The notes: generated by a model from the letters alone, not told the origin. Counted from the first letter of the stretch, positions 30,874 to 41,181 are shown. The stretch: 64,000 nucleotides of DNA from a bacterium (GCA_040756235.1 JBFLZG010000123.1:1-64000), one strand, 5' to 3'. A program made the numbers and translations.

Positions 30874-33798
30874 ATGGATCTTCCTGGAAACGTGGCGCGG
30901 TCGTTCAGCAAGTGGGTGATCCGGTACCGGTGGCTGCTCCTGGGGGCCGGCGCCCTGATCAGCGCCGGACTGATCTACGCGATCCGGAACCTCGCCGTCA
31001 ACAACGACTACGACAACTGGCTTCCCGAGAACGACAAGGTATCCCGGCTCTACCGCCAGGTGGACCGGCAGTTCTCGTCCACGGCCATCGTGTTCGTGAT
31101 CCTCGACTGCACCAAGGACGGGGTCTTCCACCCGGGCTCGCTGGCCCTGGTCAAGCGCCTGACCGAGGCCCTCCAAGGGGTGGAGGAACTGTTCAACGTC
31201 ACGAGCCTCACGAACGTTCCGGACTTTCGCAGGACGGACGCCGGCCTCGCAGTGGGCGACCTGATCCCCGAGATCCCCGCATCCCCCTCCGATCTCGACG
31301 CGCTCGAGCGTTACGTCCTGTCCAGGGAGATGTACGTCAACACCCTGGTTTCCGAGAACGCCGCGTATACCGTGGTGGTTGCCAACGTCGAGGGCGGCTC
31401 GATCGAGGCGGTCACCGCGGCCAAGGTCCTGAGGACCGTACAGGCGATCGCCGGGGATCATCCTTACTATTTCGGCGGGGACCCGGCCCTGCAGATGTAT
31501 GCGGACATCTACATGGCACAGGACCTCCGGGTCCTGATCCCGGTCACCCTGCTCGTGATGGTTGCGATTCTCTTCTTCAGCTTTGCCGGGTTCTGGGGCG
31601 TGGTCCTACCTTTGGGCATCGTCTTCCTCTGCATCCTCTGGACGCTCGGCCTGCAGGCGCTCGCCGGGCTCACCGCCAACATCCTGACCCCGGCGGTCGT
31701 GGTGCTCCTGATCGCCCTGGGCTCGGATTACGCGGTCCACATCTACAACCACTACCTGAGGCAGGGCGACATCGAGCTCTGCATCCAGGAGATGACCTTC
31801 CCGGTCGTGATGAGCGCCCTGACCACCATTGCGGGGCTCCTGACGTTCCTGACGACACGGATCAGTCTGTTCAGTTCTTTCGGCATCGACCTGGCCATCG
31901 GACTGGGGGCCGCCTGTCTGCTCTCGCTCCTCCTCCTGCCGGTCTGCGTCTACCTGCTGCGGATCCGTCCGGCGCCGATCGTTCACGGAGCCGGGGCACC
32001 GGAGCACGTGTTGTCGAGGTGGCTGGGCCGGCTGGGGCTCGCCGTCCACCGGCGCCCCAAGACGACCCTGGCCATCGTCCTGGTCCTGCTGGCGGCCACG
32101 GGAGCGGGTTTCCAGCGCATGACCACGAACGTGGATTATGTCGAGTTGATGCCCGAGGACTCTCCCCCGCGGGTAGGCGGAGACCTGCTGCGCGACCATT
32201 TCAGCGGATTCTATCCGGTTTCGGTCTACTTCCAGGGCGACATGGAAGAGCCGGCCGTGATGCAGATGATGAGCTACGTCGAGAACTACTTTCGCTCCTA
32301 CGAAATGGTCGGCGCCTTTCGCTCCGTCAACGACTGGATCGCAGAGGAAAACTGGCTCCTCAACGGCGTCTTCGCCGTGCCGGAAACGAGAGAGCAAATC
32401 GCCAACCTGTGGCTCCTGATGGAGGGGAGAGAGATTCTCAAGACCTTCGTCGCCCCGGATCGGCGCCAGAGCCTGGTCACGGCTCTGGTCAAGGAGCCCC
32501 GCACGGGGGTCATGCAGCAGATCGCCGTATCCCTGTGGCGCTTCATCGATTCCGACCTCGCCGATGAAGTGGTCGAGGTCGATCCGGCCCTGCTCGCTCC
32601 GGACGGCCGCAATGCGCTCGAGCAGGTCCGACTGGCCGACGCAGCCCGGCAGCTCGCCTGGCTGTCCGCCGGGTATGACAAGCCTCGGAAGTACGATCCG
32701 AACCGGTTCCACGCAGCCTTGACCCGGTCCTACCCGCAGCTCGACCGGAGGATCGGCCTGGAACCGGTCTGGCAGGCGGGCCGGAGCTATCTGGAGCAGG
32801 AGGCCCTGGAAGCGCTCCCCGCGGCTCTCGTGGACCGGGTCGTGGACCTCCTGAAGAGCGGCTGGCAGGACCGCCGGGATCCGGCCTTCCGAGACAGGAT
32901 CGAAACCCTCCTGCTCTCCAGCCGCACCCTGACCGCCGAGGACGCTCGTGCGACCGCCTCGGGGCTCTTGAACAGGGCCGAGGCCACGCTCCGGATCGAG
33001 CGAGCGTCCGGCCTCCTGGACTCATTGGCGCCCCTCCTCCCAAGCGGGTTCGAGCAGAAAGAGGAGCTCCGCAAGCGCGCCGCAGGGGTCCTGTGGAGGC
33101 TCTGGGCCGAGCACCCGGTCTTCTTCGCCTCTCAGGTCGTTTCGGTTCCGGGGATCGAGGGCGCGCGCATTGCCACGCGGCCGCTCAAGATCCAGCAGGC
33201 CGGATTTCCGGACCTCGTGCGCCGTCTCTATGAGCTGCTGCACGTCAACCTCATCCAGAGCCTGTTCCTGGCTTCCCTGGGCGTGCTGGTCCTGATCTCC
33301 TTGAGCCAGCTCTCCCTGAGGCGAGGGCTGGTTTCCCTGGTGACCGTCCTGGTGCCCATCGGATCCATCCTCGGCCTGATGGGGTGGGCCGGCATCCCCC
33401 TGGATTTCGGCACCTCGCTGGCCGGCGCCCTCATCATCGGCCTCGGGGTGGACGGTTGCATCCACTTCCTCCACCACTATCACCGCCTGTGCTCCGGTGG
33501 CATTCCGGCAGAGTCGGCTTTGCGCGACACCATGCGGCACATCGGCAAGGGCATTGTCACCGCCAACGCGACCACGTTCTGCGGGTTCCTCGTGCTGCTG
33601 CTGTCCAAGACATCGGTGCTGAGGAATTTCGGGCTCGTGAACGCAATGGCCATCTTTCTGGTCACGGCCTCCATTCTGACCCTGCTGCCCGCGTTCGTCT
33701 CCTTGCTGACGGAGAGTAAGGCCGCACGGTTCCGCGGCCGCCCCGGGGCTGCCGGATCGGAATCAGCCCCCGATGAGAGAAAGGCCGCTTGCTCTTGA
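30874..33798 (+). CDS. MMPL/RND family transporter with large internal insertion
   Basis: Two TM bundles with IALGSDYAVH, SALTTIAG and GLGVDGCIH, ATTFCGF. Confidence 0.85.
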   Translation: MDLPGNVARSFSKWVIRYRWLLLGAGALISAGLIYAIRNLAVNNDYDNWLPENDKVSRLYRQVDRQFSSTAIVFVILDCTKDGVFHPGSLALVKRLTEALQGVEELFNVTSLTNVPDFRRTDAGLAVGDLIPEIPASPSDLDALERYVLSREMYVNTLVSENAAYTVVVANVEGGSIEAVTAAKVLRTVQAIAGDHPYYFGGDPALQMYADIYMAQDLRVLIPVTLLVMVAILFFSFAGFWGVVLPLGIVFLCILWTLGLQALAGLTANILTPAVVVLLIALGSDYAVHIYNHYLRQGDIELCIQEMTFPVVMSALTTIAGLLTFLTTRISLFSSFGIDLAIGLGAACLLSLLLLPVCVYLLRIRPAPIVHGAGAPEHVLSRWLGRLGLAVHRRPKTTLAIVLVLLAATGAGFQRMTTNVDYVELMPEDSPPRVGGDLLRDHFSGFYPVSVYFQGDMEEPAVMQMMSYVENYFRSYEMVGAFRSVNDWIAEENWLLNGVFAVPETREQIANLWLLMEGREILKTFVAPDRRQSLVTALVKEPRTGVMQQIAVSLWRFIDSDLADEVVEVDPALLAPDGRNALEQVRLADAARQLAWLSAGYDKPRKYDPNRFHAALTRSYPQLDRRIGLEPVWQAGRSYLEQEALEALPAALVDRVVDLLKSGWQDRRDPAFRDRIETLLLSSRTLTAEDARATASGLLNRAEATLRIERASGLLDSLAPLLPSGFEQKEELRKRAAGVLWRLWAEHPVFFASQVVSVPGIEGARIATRPLKIQQAGFPDLVRRLYELLHVNLIQSLFLASLGVLVLISLSQLSLRRGLVSLVTVLVPIGSILGLMGWAGIPLDFGTSLAGALIIGLGVDGCIHFLHHYHRLCSGGIPAESALRDTMRHIGKGIVTANATTFCGFLVLLLSKTSVLRNFGLVNAMAIFLVTASILTLLPAFVSLLTESKAARFRGRPGAAGSESAPDERKAACS

Positions 33799-33897
33799 GG
33801 GCCCGTTCTGCTGTCATGGATCGAAGCTTTTGGGACAGGCTCCGGACGGCATTCCTGCAGGAGCCCCCGCAGAAAACCGGAAGGAACGAGACCCTCC

Positions 33898-34698
33898 ATG
33901 GACTACGAACACGTGCTGTTCAAGACCAGAGGGCCGGTCTCCTGGGTGGTCCTGAACCGGCCCGAAAGGCTCAACGCCTTCAACACGCAGCTTGCGGTCG
34001 AGGCGTCGGACGCTTTGCGTCAGGCCATCGATGACCGCCAGACGCGGGTCGTCGTCATCACCGGCAAAGGCCGGGCCTTCTCGGTTGGAGCCGACGTGAC
34101 GGAGGTGGCCGAGGACCCGGCCCCTCCGGAACGGATCCGGGTCCTGGCCACCATCGCCCACGACGCGGTGGCCGCCATCCGCAAAGCTGAAAAGCCCGTG
34201 ATCGCCGCGATCAATCACCAGGCCGCCGGCTACGGCATGGCGCTCGCCCTGGCGTGCGACCTCAGGGCCGCCACCGAGAAGGTGCGCCTCTACTATGCTT
34301 ACTCGCTGATCGGGCTCACCGGAGACGGCGGGATCAACTACCTCCTGCCGAGGATGCTGGGTCCTTCCAGGGCCCTCGAAGTGGCCCTCACCGGCGAAGT
34401 GATCTTCGAAGAGGAAGCGGCCAAGCTCGGGCTCATCACGAAGTTCTTCAAAGAAGATTCCTTCCTCGAGGACACCCAGGCGCTCGCGGAGCGAGTGGCG
34501 GCGTGCCCGCCGCGGCTCGCGGCGGCGATCAAGCGCATGATGATCGCTGCCGTGGGCGACGGCCTGATCGAGCACCTGGAGACCGAGAAGCGGCTCCTCA
34601 TCGAAATGGCGGGCACGGCCGAGTTCCGCGAGCTGGCCGGCAGGATTCTCGGCACAGGCAGGGAAGGCAAGAAAGATCCGCAGGGAGGCGCCTCATGA
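33898..34698 (+). CDS. Enoyl-CoA hydratase/isomerase
   Basis: LNRPERLNA, AFSVGAD, KPVIAAIN, ALACD. Confidence 0.9.
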   Translation: MDYEHVLFKTRGPVSWVVLNRPERLNAFNTQLAVEASDALRQAIDDRQTRVVVITGKGRAFSVGADVTEVAEDPAPPERIRVLATIAHDAVAAIRKAEKPVIAAINHQAAGYGMALALACDLRAATEKVRLYYAYSLIGLTGDGGINYLLPRMLGPSRALEVALTGEVIFEEEAAKLGLITKFFKEDSFLEDTQALAERVAACPPRLAAAIKRMMIAAVGDGLIEHLETEKRLLIEMAGTAEFRELAGRILGTGREGKKDPQGGAS

Positions 34699-35600
34699 TC
34701 ATCGACGCCCACGCACACATCTGGGAAGAGAAGCTAATTTCGGCCGACCTCCGCAGGATCCTCGACTTCGTCACCGAGCGCTTCGGGCCCGACCGCCCGG
34801 CGCAGGTCAGAGACGGAGGCATCGAGCGGCTGTTGCGCGAGATGGACGAGGCGGGCATCGAAAAGACCGTGCTGCTGGCCCTCGACGCCGGCATCGCCTT
34901 CCGCTCGCATTTGACCGCACGGGACTACAATGACTACCTGGCCGCGATCGTGCGCGAGCACCCGAGGCGCATCATCGGTTTTGCCGGAATCGATCCGCGA
35001 CGGCGGCAGGAGGCGATCGTCGAGCTCGAGCGGTGCTTCGAGATGGGGCTGAGAGGGCTCAAGCTCTGGACGCTCACCGGCTTCTATCCGGACGATGAGT
35101 GTTATTACCCCCTATATGAAAAAGCCTCCGAGCTGAAGATCCCGATGTTGATCCACACCGGCATGGGACCGCCCGGCACCTACATGAAATTCAACCGGCC
35201 CATCTACGTCGACAAGGTCGCGGTCGATTTCCCCGAAGTCCCGATCCTCATGGCCCACATCGGCGATCCGTGGGTCGATGAAGCGATTGCCGTGCTGCTC
35301 AAGAATCCCAACGTGTACGTCGATCTGTCGGCATGGGAACCCAGCGCCAAGGTTGCGCCCTTTGTACTCTGCCAGACGCTCGCCAAGATCCGGATGGCTT
35401 GCGGGGGCCTCCACAAGGTGTTGTTCGGCAGCGACTGGCCCCTGTTCACCCCCGTTCTCTCGCTCGGTGAGTGGGTCGAGACCATCCGCTCGCTGGCCAT
35501 GCCGCCGCCCCTGCAGATGATGGGCTTGCAGGACTTCACCGACAGCGAACGGCGCATGATTCTCGGAGGCAACGCCGCCAGGGTCCTTGGCCTGGAATGA
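34695..35600 (+). CDS. Amidohydrolase_2 family protein
   Basis: IIDAHAH, IHTG, MAH, VLFGSDWP, ILGGNA. Confidence 0.88.
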   Translation: MIIDAHAHIWEEKLISADLRRILDFVTERFGPDRPAQVRDGGIERLLREMDEAGIEKTVLLALDAGIAFRSHLTARDYNDYLAAIVREHPRRIIGFAGIDPRRRQEAIVELERCFEMGLRGLKLWTLTGFYPDDECYYPLYEKASELKIPMLIHTGMGPPGTYMKFNRPIYVDKVAVDFPEVPILMAHIGDPWVDEAIAVLLKNPNVYVDLSAWEPSAKVAPFVLCQTLAKIRMACGGLHKVLFGSDWPLFTPVLSLGEWVETIRSLAMPPPLQMMGLQDFTDSERRMILGGNAARVLGLE

Positions 35601-35615
35601 GAAGTCACCGAGTCC

Positions 35616-36776
35616 CTAGCGCCCGTGCCCTGCCACGCGGCGATAGACCTCCAGGGTCTCTGCGGCCGTCTTTTCCCAGGAGAACGCGGCCGCCTGCCGG
35701 AGCGCCCGGCGGGAAAGCTCGTCTGCATATCCCTGGTCCGAGAGGACCGCGGCGATCGCCCCGGCCAGAGCCGCCGCGTTGTGCGGCCCCTGCTCGTCGA
35801 GCAGCAGACCGCCCTCCCCGACCACTTCCGGAATGGAAGAATTCCTGAAGGCGATGGTGGGGGTACCGCACGCCATGGCTTCCACCAGAGGCAGCCCGAA
35901 GCCCTCGTAGGAGGAGGGGAAGACAAAGACCCTGGCGGCCCTGTAGAGCCAGGCCAGGTCCTGCGGCGGGACGTAATCGGTCAGGCGGACCCGGCCCCCT
36001 ATGCCGAGCTTCTCGATGAGCCCCTTCAGCTCCTCTCCGGCCTGTCCGATTTTTCCGGCGAGCACGAGCTGGAGCGGCCCCCGCCGGATGCGCGCAAGCT
36101 CGGCAAGAGACTCGAGGAGCAGATCGACCCGCTTCCTCGGGTCATGGAGCGCCAGGCCGCCCACGTACAGGATGAACTCCTCCGGCAGGCGGTAGCGGGA
36201 GCGGATCTCCTGCAGGCGTCCGGGATCCTGCAGCGGAGCGCAGGACGGGTCCGGCGCCAGGTAGATGACCGACACCCGGTCCTCCGGCACATCCAGGAGA
36301 CGAAGGATGTCCTGGCGCGTGTGCCGCGAGATCGCGATGATGTGATCGGCGCGCCGCGCCAGCCGGTAAAGCATTCTGTGCTTGATCCCGGTCTTGAGAT
36401 AGTGATCCGGATACACGAGCGGAATCAGGTCCTCGATCGTGAGCACCAGCGGGCAGGGATAACCGAACGAGAGGTGGTGGATGGAAAGGATGTGGAGGAC
36501 ATCGAGCGGCCTGCGCCGGTAGTCGATGAAGGCGAGCCCCCAGTCCAGCAACTCGCTCAGGCGGACGTAAGCGCGGGGCCGCACGAGATCCACGCACTCG
36601 TAGGGACCCCTGAACTCCTCCTCCCCCCATGGCATTCCTTTGATCTTGAAAAGGCGGAACCTCTCATGGGCCGCAGCCTGTCGCAGCAGGTGCAGGAGGA
36701 GCTGCCTGGAGTATTGTCCGATCCCCTGGAAGCGCGAGTGGATCTGCAGGGTACGGATGTCGACGCCTACGTTCAA
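35616..36776 (-). CDS. Glycosyltransferase family 4
   Basis: GIGQY, FVFPSSYEGFGLPLVEAMACGTP, FSWEKTA. Confidence 0.9.
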   Translation of the reverse strand: MNVGVDIRTLQIHSRFQGIGQYSRQLLLHLLRQAAAHERFRLFKIKGMPWGEEEFRGPYECVDLVRPRAYVRLSELLDWGLAFIDYRRRPLDVLHILSIHHLSFGYPCPLVLTIEDLIPLVYPDHYLKTGIKHRMLYRLARRADHIIAISRHTRQDILRLLDVPEDRVSVIYLAPDPSCAPLQDPGRLQEIRSRYRLPEEFILYVGGLALHDPRKRVDLLLESLAELARIRRGPLQLVLAGKIGQAGEELKGLIEKLGIGGRVRLTDYVPPQDLAWLYRAARVFVFPSSYEGFGLPLVEAMACGTPTIAFRNSSIPEVVGEGGLLLDEQGPHNAAALAGAIAAVLSDQGYADELSRRALRQAAAFSWEKTAAETLEVYRRVAGHGR

Positions 36777-36899
36777 CGCGGACCCCGAAGCTTTGCTCCG
36801 TCAGCTTGTCTGTTTCGGCGCAAGGTCGATCCCCCGCCGAACCTTACAGGATCCGTTGAAGGTTGGCAAAGGCTCGGGACAAGGGCTCGGCCTCAGCAG

Positions 36900-37122
36900 G
36901 CCATCGAGGCATGAGGCCGGTGAGCTCGAGTGGGACATTCGGGGCGAGCCCGAGCAGGAGGGTCCCGGCAAGGCTGAGGATGAGGGCCAGGGCGTAGCCG
37001 ACCCCGCGATGGAGGAGCAGCGCGCCGGCCCTTTGAAGTACATCTGAGCGGCGATCGCTACGTAGTAGTGCAAGGAAACCGTCATGTTGACGGATCGCGA
37101 TCACGGCGAGCCAGGCGAGCAT
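36900..37122 (-). pseudogene. Frameshifted remnant of a NuoN/antiporter-like C-terminus
   Basis: Across two frameshifts: MLAWLAVIAI / VNMTVSLHYYVAIAAQMYFK / YALALILSLAGTLLLGLAP. Confidence 0.55.
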
Positions 37123-37294
37123 CGCCGTGCGCGACGACCGCTTCCTTGCCCGTACCCTCAGCAGGAACCATTCAAGACCGTTCACCATCCAACCCGGAAG
37201 GGAGGCGGTAGTAGTACCCATCGAGAGTGGCCGGGTGTTCCGACTGCAAAGCCGAAACAACTTGGCCGATGCAAGACCGGGAGGTATTCGCAAA

Positions 37295-37702
37295 ATGCCG
37301 AAAACGACTTCCGGCGGCAAGGCGAAAGAACCTGAGCTGCCGTCGACGCTGCGGCGCTCGCCGAAGCAGGCCCAGCGCACTTTTGCGAAGGCCCACGACA
37401 GCGCCGCCGAGAGATATGGGGAAGGCGAGCGTGCGCACCGGACCGCTTACGCAGCGCTGAAGCGCACCTTTGAAAAGGTGGGTGATCATTGGGAGCGGAA
37501 GGACAAGCCGGGCCCGAGCGACCCGCGCTCGAAGAAGAGCACGGCACAGAAACGCCGCGGCGAGGGGGAGACCTTCGGAGGTGTCGATGTCGAGGGGAAC
37601 ACGAAACGCGAGCTCTACGAACGGGCCAAGACTCTCGGCATCCAAGGACGCTCGAAGATGTCCAAGCATGAGCTCGCCCGTGCGATTGCGAGGAAGCAGT
37701 AG
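37295..37702 (+). CDS. chaB: ChaB family protein with C-terminal Rho-N-like helix pair
   Basis: ELPSTL-AQRTF-AHDSA-AHRTAYAALK-FEKVGDHW; TKRELYERAK-GRSKMSK. Confidence 0.8.
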   Translation: MPKTTSGGKAKEPELPSTLRRSPKQAQRTFAKAHDSAAERYGEGERAHRTAYAALKRTFEKVGDHWERKDKPGPSDPRSKKSTAQKRRGEGETFGGVDVEGNTKRELYERAKTLGIQGRSKMSKHELARAIARKQ

Positions 37703-38394
37703 CATCAACGCCGCCACCGGCCGACCGGAGACGCGGGAACGGTCCGCACCCCAGTCGTGAACAGCCGTACTAGGTGCGGCCGTGGCCCTGGGTGTTGGGC
37801 GTTCGCGCCAGCCGGCGTTCCGCAGCGCTCGGGAGGCTCCTCTGAATGGACTCTTCCGCAAGGGCCTAGCCACGTTTCTCGCCTTTCGATCCGGGGAGAC
37901 TTCGACGAAGAGTCTCGATTTGTTCTACGGGTGCATCGATGCGTATGCTCCTGCCGGTCCTCAGGAGGAGCGAGCGCCTCGCCGAACCGGATGCCTCTCC
38001 CGGTCGATTGGGAAAGGAGCCGGAGACGCACCTCGCCCCGACCAAGGCTGTTTCATGCAATCTATGAGGATGGGAGACGGCGCAACGGTATGTCCGCGTC
38101 CGGAGTGCGCACCGCTCGGCCATGCGGGTCGCGACCCCATCTGCTCAAAGCAGACATATCGCTGAAGACATTGGAAACACCGTGCGTCGATCCGGGACAT
38201 CGTATCGTCCAACCTGCGATCCCCCAAGATCATCCCCTGTAAGAGGGTGTCAGTCTTCGACAGCTCCGGTCCTTGCCTTGACCGGGCTCCACGATCATGA
38301 TCTGATCTCCAGTTGGTCCCGGGAGGACGTGGAGCTCAACTGGAAAGAGCGTGCATTCGTTTCTTGGGCCACCTCCATCAGGAAAGGAGAAGTC

Positions 38395-38943
38395 ATGAGG
38401 AAAAGCATCTTCCGGATCTTTGCTCCTGCCACCGTCTGGCTGTCGGTCCTGCTCGTCCTGCCCGGGCTCTGCGCCGCGCAGGCCAAGGAGCAGGACCCCT
38501 GCACGGCCGATGCGGAGAAGTTCTGCCAGGGCGTCGAGCCCGGTCAAGGCCGCATCCTGAACTGTCTCGGCCAGCACCAGTCCGAGCTGTCTCCGGCCTG
38601 CAGGGAACGCATCACCGCCCTGCTCGCGAAAGTGCACGAAAAAGTGGGGGCCATGAAGGAGGCTTGCGGCAAGGACGTGGATCGGCTCTGCCAGGACGTT
38701 CCCCAGGGCGGAGGGCGCGTGCTCGAATGCCTGCGGGAGCACAAGAGCGAGCTCTCCCAGGAATGCGGCGCATTTCTCACTTCCCAGGCCGAGGCGAGAA
38801 TCGAGGCGTGGAAGGAGACCTGCGGCAAAGATGCCGAGCAGTTCTGCAAGGACGTTGCGGAGGGCCAAGGCCGCATCCTCGAGTGTCTGGAGCAGCACAG
38901 GTCCGAAGTTTCCCAGGAGTGCCGGGAGCATCTCCCGATGTAG
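38395..38943 (+). CDS. Secreted cysteine-rich repeat protein (GLG1/Cys_rich_FGFR-like)
   Basis: Signal peptide then 3 x C-D-C-V-G-GR-L-CL-H-SE-S-C. Confidence 0.8.
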   Translation: MRKSIFRIFAPATVWLSVLLVLPGLCAAQAKEQDPCTADAEKFCQGVEPGQGRILNCLGQHQSELSPACRERITALLAKVHEKVGAMKEACGKDVDRLCQDVPQGGGRVLECLREHKSELSQECGAFLTSQAEARIEAWKETCGKDAEQFCKDVAEGQGRILECLEQHRSEVSQECREHLPM

Positions 38944-38971
38944 AGCTCGGCAGGGCGGTACCGGGACGAAC

Positions 38972-39586
38972 GTGACGGGCGGCAGGCGATTGACCCGCGA
39001 CTTCTTTGCCCGGCCCACTCTCGAAGTGGCCCGGGACTGTCTGGGCGCCCTGCTCGTCCGGGTCGAAGGAAACGATCGCGTCTCCGGGACCATCGTCGAA
39101 GTCGAAGCGTACATCGGCGAACAGGATCTGGCCTGTCATGCCAAGGCCGGCCGCACACAGCGTACCCGGGTCCTGTACGCGCAGCCGGGGCACGCCTACG
39201 TCTACTTCACTTACGGCATGCACTGGCTTCTCAACTTCGTAACGGAAGCGGAGGGCTCTCCGGCCGCCGTGCTCATCCGTGCGGTCGAGCCGGTCACGGG
39301 GCGGCACCTCATCGCGGCCCGGCGCAAGGCTCTGCCCGAGCGGCAATGGACCAACGGGCCCGGCAAGGTGTGCCGTTCCTTTGCGATCGACGGCCGATTC
39401 AACGGAGCCGACCTGTGCGCCCCGGACGCCGCCCTGTTCGTCGAAGCAGGGATTCCCGTGCCTGACGCGGAGGTCCTGAGGAGCGCCCGCGTGGGCATGA
39501 ACAACGTGCCGGAGCCTTGGAAGAGCGTGCCCTGGCGCTTCGTGAAGGCGGGAGGGTATCGGTCTTCTGCCTTCTCCCCTCGCTGA
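38972..39586 (+). CDS. mpg: DNA-3-methyladenine glycosylase
   Basis: IVEVEAYIG-D-ACH, AYVYFTYGMHW, AVLIRAVEP, NGPGK. Confidence 0.9.
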   Translation: MTGGRRLTRDFFARPTLEVARDCLGALLVRVEGNDRVSGTIVEVEAYIGEQDLACHAKAGRTQRTRVLYAQPGHAYVYFTYGMHWLLNFVTEAEGSPAAVLIRAVEPVTGRHLIAARRKALPERQWTNGPGKVCRSFAIDGRFNGADLCAPDAALFVEAGIPVPDAEVLRSARVGMNNVPEPWKSVPWRFVKAGGYRSSAFSPR

Positions 39587-39670
39587 GGGGAGAAGGTCAG
39601 GATGAGGGGTGCAGTTGCGCCTGTTTCCCCCTCACCCTGTCCCTCTCCCCCGTGCACGGGGGAGAGGGGA
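39571..39670. repeat. CCCTCA/CCCTCTCCC hairpin repeat, supplies the mpg stop codon
   Basis: Near-identical to 257-340 but complete. Confidence 0.8.
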
Positions 39671-39725
39671 AGATTGTGGGCAAGGGGCAGCGCTAGCCCG
39701 CTCCCGCAGGACCGGGCGCCCGCGT

Positions 39726-40892
39726 TCAGCGCTGCGGTTCTGCCGCCTTGCGCTGAAACCGCAAGACCGCGCCGATCCCGCCGGCGCCGCGCAGCAAGGC
39801 GCCCGCCTCGCCCCGCACCTGCTCGATCCTGCCTCCGGTCTCGAGCACGCGCTCTACCATGCGCTCCAGGAGGTCTTGCACCTTGCCCAAGGCCTCGCCG
39901 CAGTAGCTGCACGACTTCGACGCACGGTCGAACAGGGCGGCGCAGTTTGCGCACTGCCAACCCGAGGCGGCGAAGCCTTCGGCATAGACGAGCCGCCAGA
40001 CCCGGCCTTGCTCGAGGCACGCCAGGGTGCCGGTGAGACCCGTCACGGCGTTGCCGTTCTTGGCGGCCGCCGGGAGGAGCCCTTCCACGACCTTCATCTC
40101 CTCGGCCCGTTCCACGTGCTTCTCGATCCGGAGCACGGCATCCAGGACTTCCGCATCCCTGGCCTCGACCGACATGGGGACCGAGGCCGCCACCCGGGGG
40201 CCGAGTCCCTTGTCCAGCAGGTGCTGCAGCTCCTTCGCGGCCGTCAGGGGCCCCGCCAGCACGATCCGGTCGAAGGCGTTCTGCCCCGCCATGCGGCTCA
40301 ACTGCTCGGCCGTCTCCTTCAGATGCCACCGGGCGTGCTCGCGCGCCTTGCGCTGGATCTGCGTCTGCGAAAGGAGGTGATCGCTCCCGGGCGCCCGGAT
40401 GCGGCGAACCTTTCCCGATCCGAAAGCCTGCTCGTGCTCCTCGATCTCGCCCAGGAAGACGGTGAAGAGCCGCGCCCTGGACTGATCGGCCAGGACCACT
40501 GCGTACCTTTCGTATTCGTCGATCGCTTCGACCAGAGGTCGCACGTAAGGGGTTTGCTCCCAGCGAACGCCCTCGGGCAGCTTCACCCTGAATCCCCGGG
40601 ACCAGAAATATTCCTGGAAAGCGCTGCAGAAGATCACGAGGCTCGAGGCGTCCGGGGCGTACTCCGCAAGGAACTCGAGCGCCCTGCCGGCGTCCAGCCC
40701 GAACGATTTCCGCTCCCTCTCCTGCGGAAGCCCCTCCTCGAAGGAGCGGAGCATGCGGCGGGCCCTTGTTTCGAAGCCCCGGTTCAGGTTCTGCATGCTC
40801 GACTGGTCCACGTCGAGGTGCAGACTGAGAACGGGCCCACCGGCGGCGGCATGTTTTTCCACGAGCGATTGCAGGTCAAGTCTTGAAATCAT
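39726..40892 (-). CDS. Bacterial archaeo-eukaryotic-type release factor (baeRF/eRF1-like) with zinc ribbon
   Basis: VLSLHLD, PYVRPL, VVLADQSRARLF, SQ-IQR, DRIVLAGP, CANC/CSYC, GGIGAVLRF. Confidence 0.8.
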   Translation of the reverse strand: MISRLDLQSLVEKHAAAGGPVLSLHLDVDQSSMQNLNRGFETRARRMLRSFEEGLPQERERKSFGLDAGRALEFLAEYAPDASSLVIFCSAFQEYFWSRGFRVKLPEGVRWEQTPYVRPLVEAIDEYERYAVVLADQSRARLFTVFLGEIEEHEQAFGSGKVRRIRAPGSDHLLSQTQIQRKAREHARWHLKETAEQLSRMAGQNAFDRIVLAGPLTAAKELQHLLDKGLGPRVAASVPMSVEARDAEVLDAVLRIEKHVERAEEMKVVEGLLPAAAKNGNAVTGLTGTLACLEQGRVWRLVYAEGFAASGWQCANCAALFDRASKSCSYCGEALGKVQDLLERMVERVLETGGRIEQVRGEAGALLRGAGGIGAVLRFQRKAAEPQR

Positions 40893-41110
40893 GGTCTTCC
40901 TCGTCGATCTCGTCGTGTGGATCTCGCACCTCAGCGGCCCGGCAGCGCGATCATCGCAGGACCGGCCGGCCGGGCACGCCCCCGGACGGCGGGCGGGCCT
41001 GAGATCGCTTTCTTGGGACAGGCTCTACTTATTGAGATGCCGAGGCCGGGTGGGGAGATGGATGGCGCGGGCGCGGCCAAGGCCGCCGGAGCGGTGGCAA
41101 TATTGGCGGA

Positions 41111-41181
41111 CATTGCGAGGGAGCCCAAGGCGACCGAAGCAACCCGCTGAGCCAGGGAGGTTGCTTCGCTACGCTCGCAAT
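41111..41181. repeat. CATTGCGAG...CTCGCAAT palindromic repeat
   Basis: CATTGCGAGGGAGC...GAAGCAACC...GGTTGCTTCGCTACGCTCGCAAT. Confidence 0.75.

Noticed and set aside
37703..38394. Gene or riboswitch in the 0.7-kb gap
   Set aside because: Short ORFs have no recognisable motifs and I could not match a known RNA structure; unresolved.
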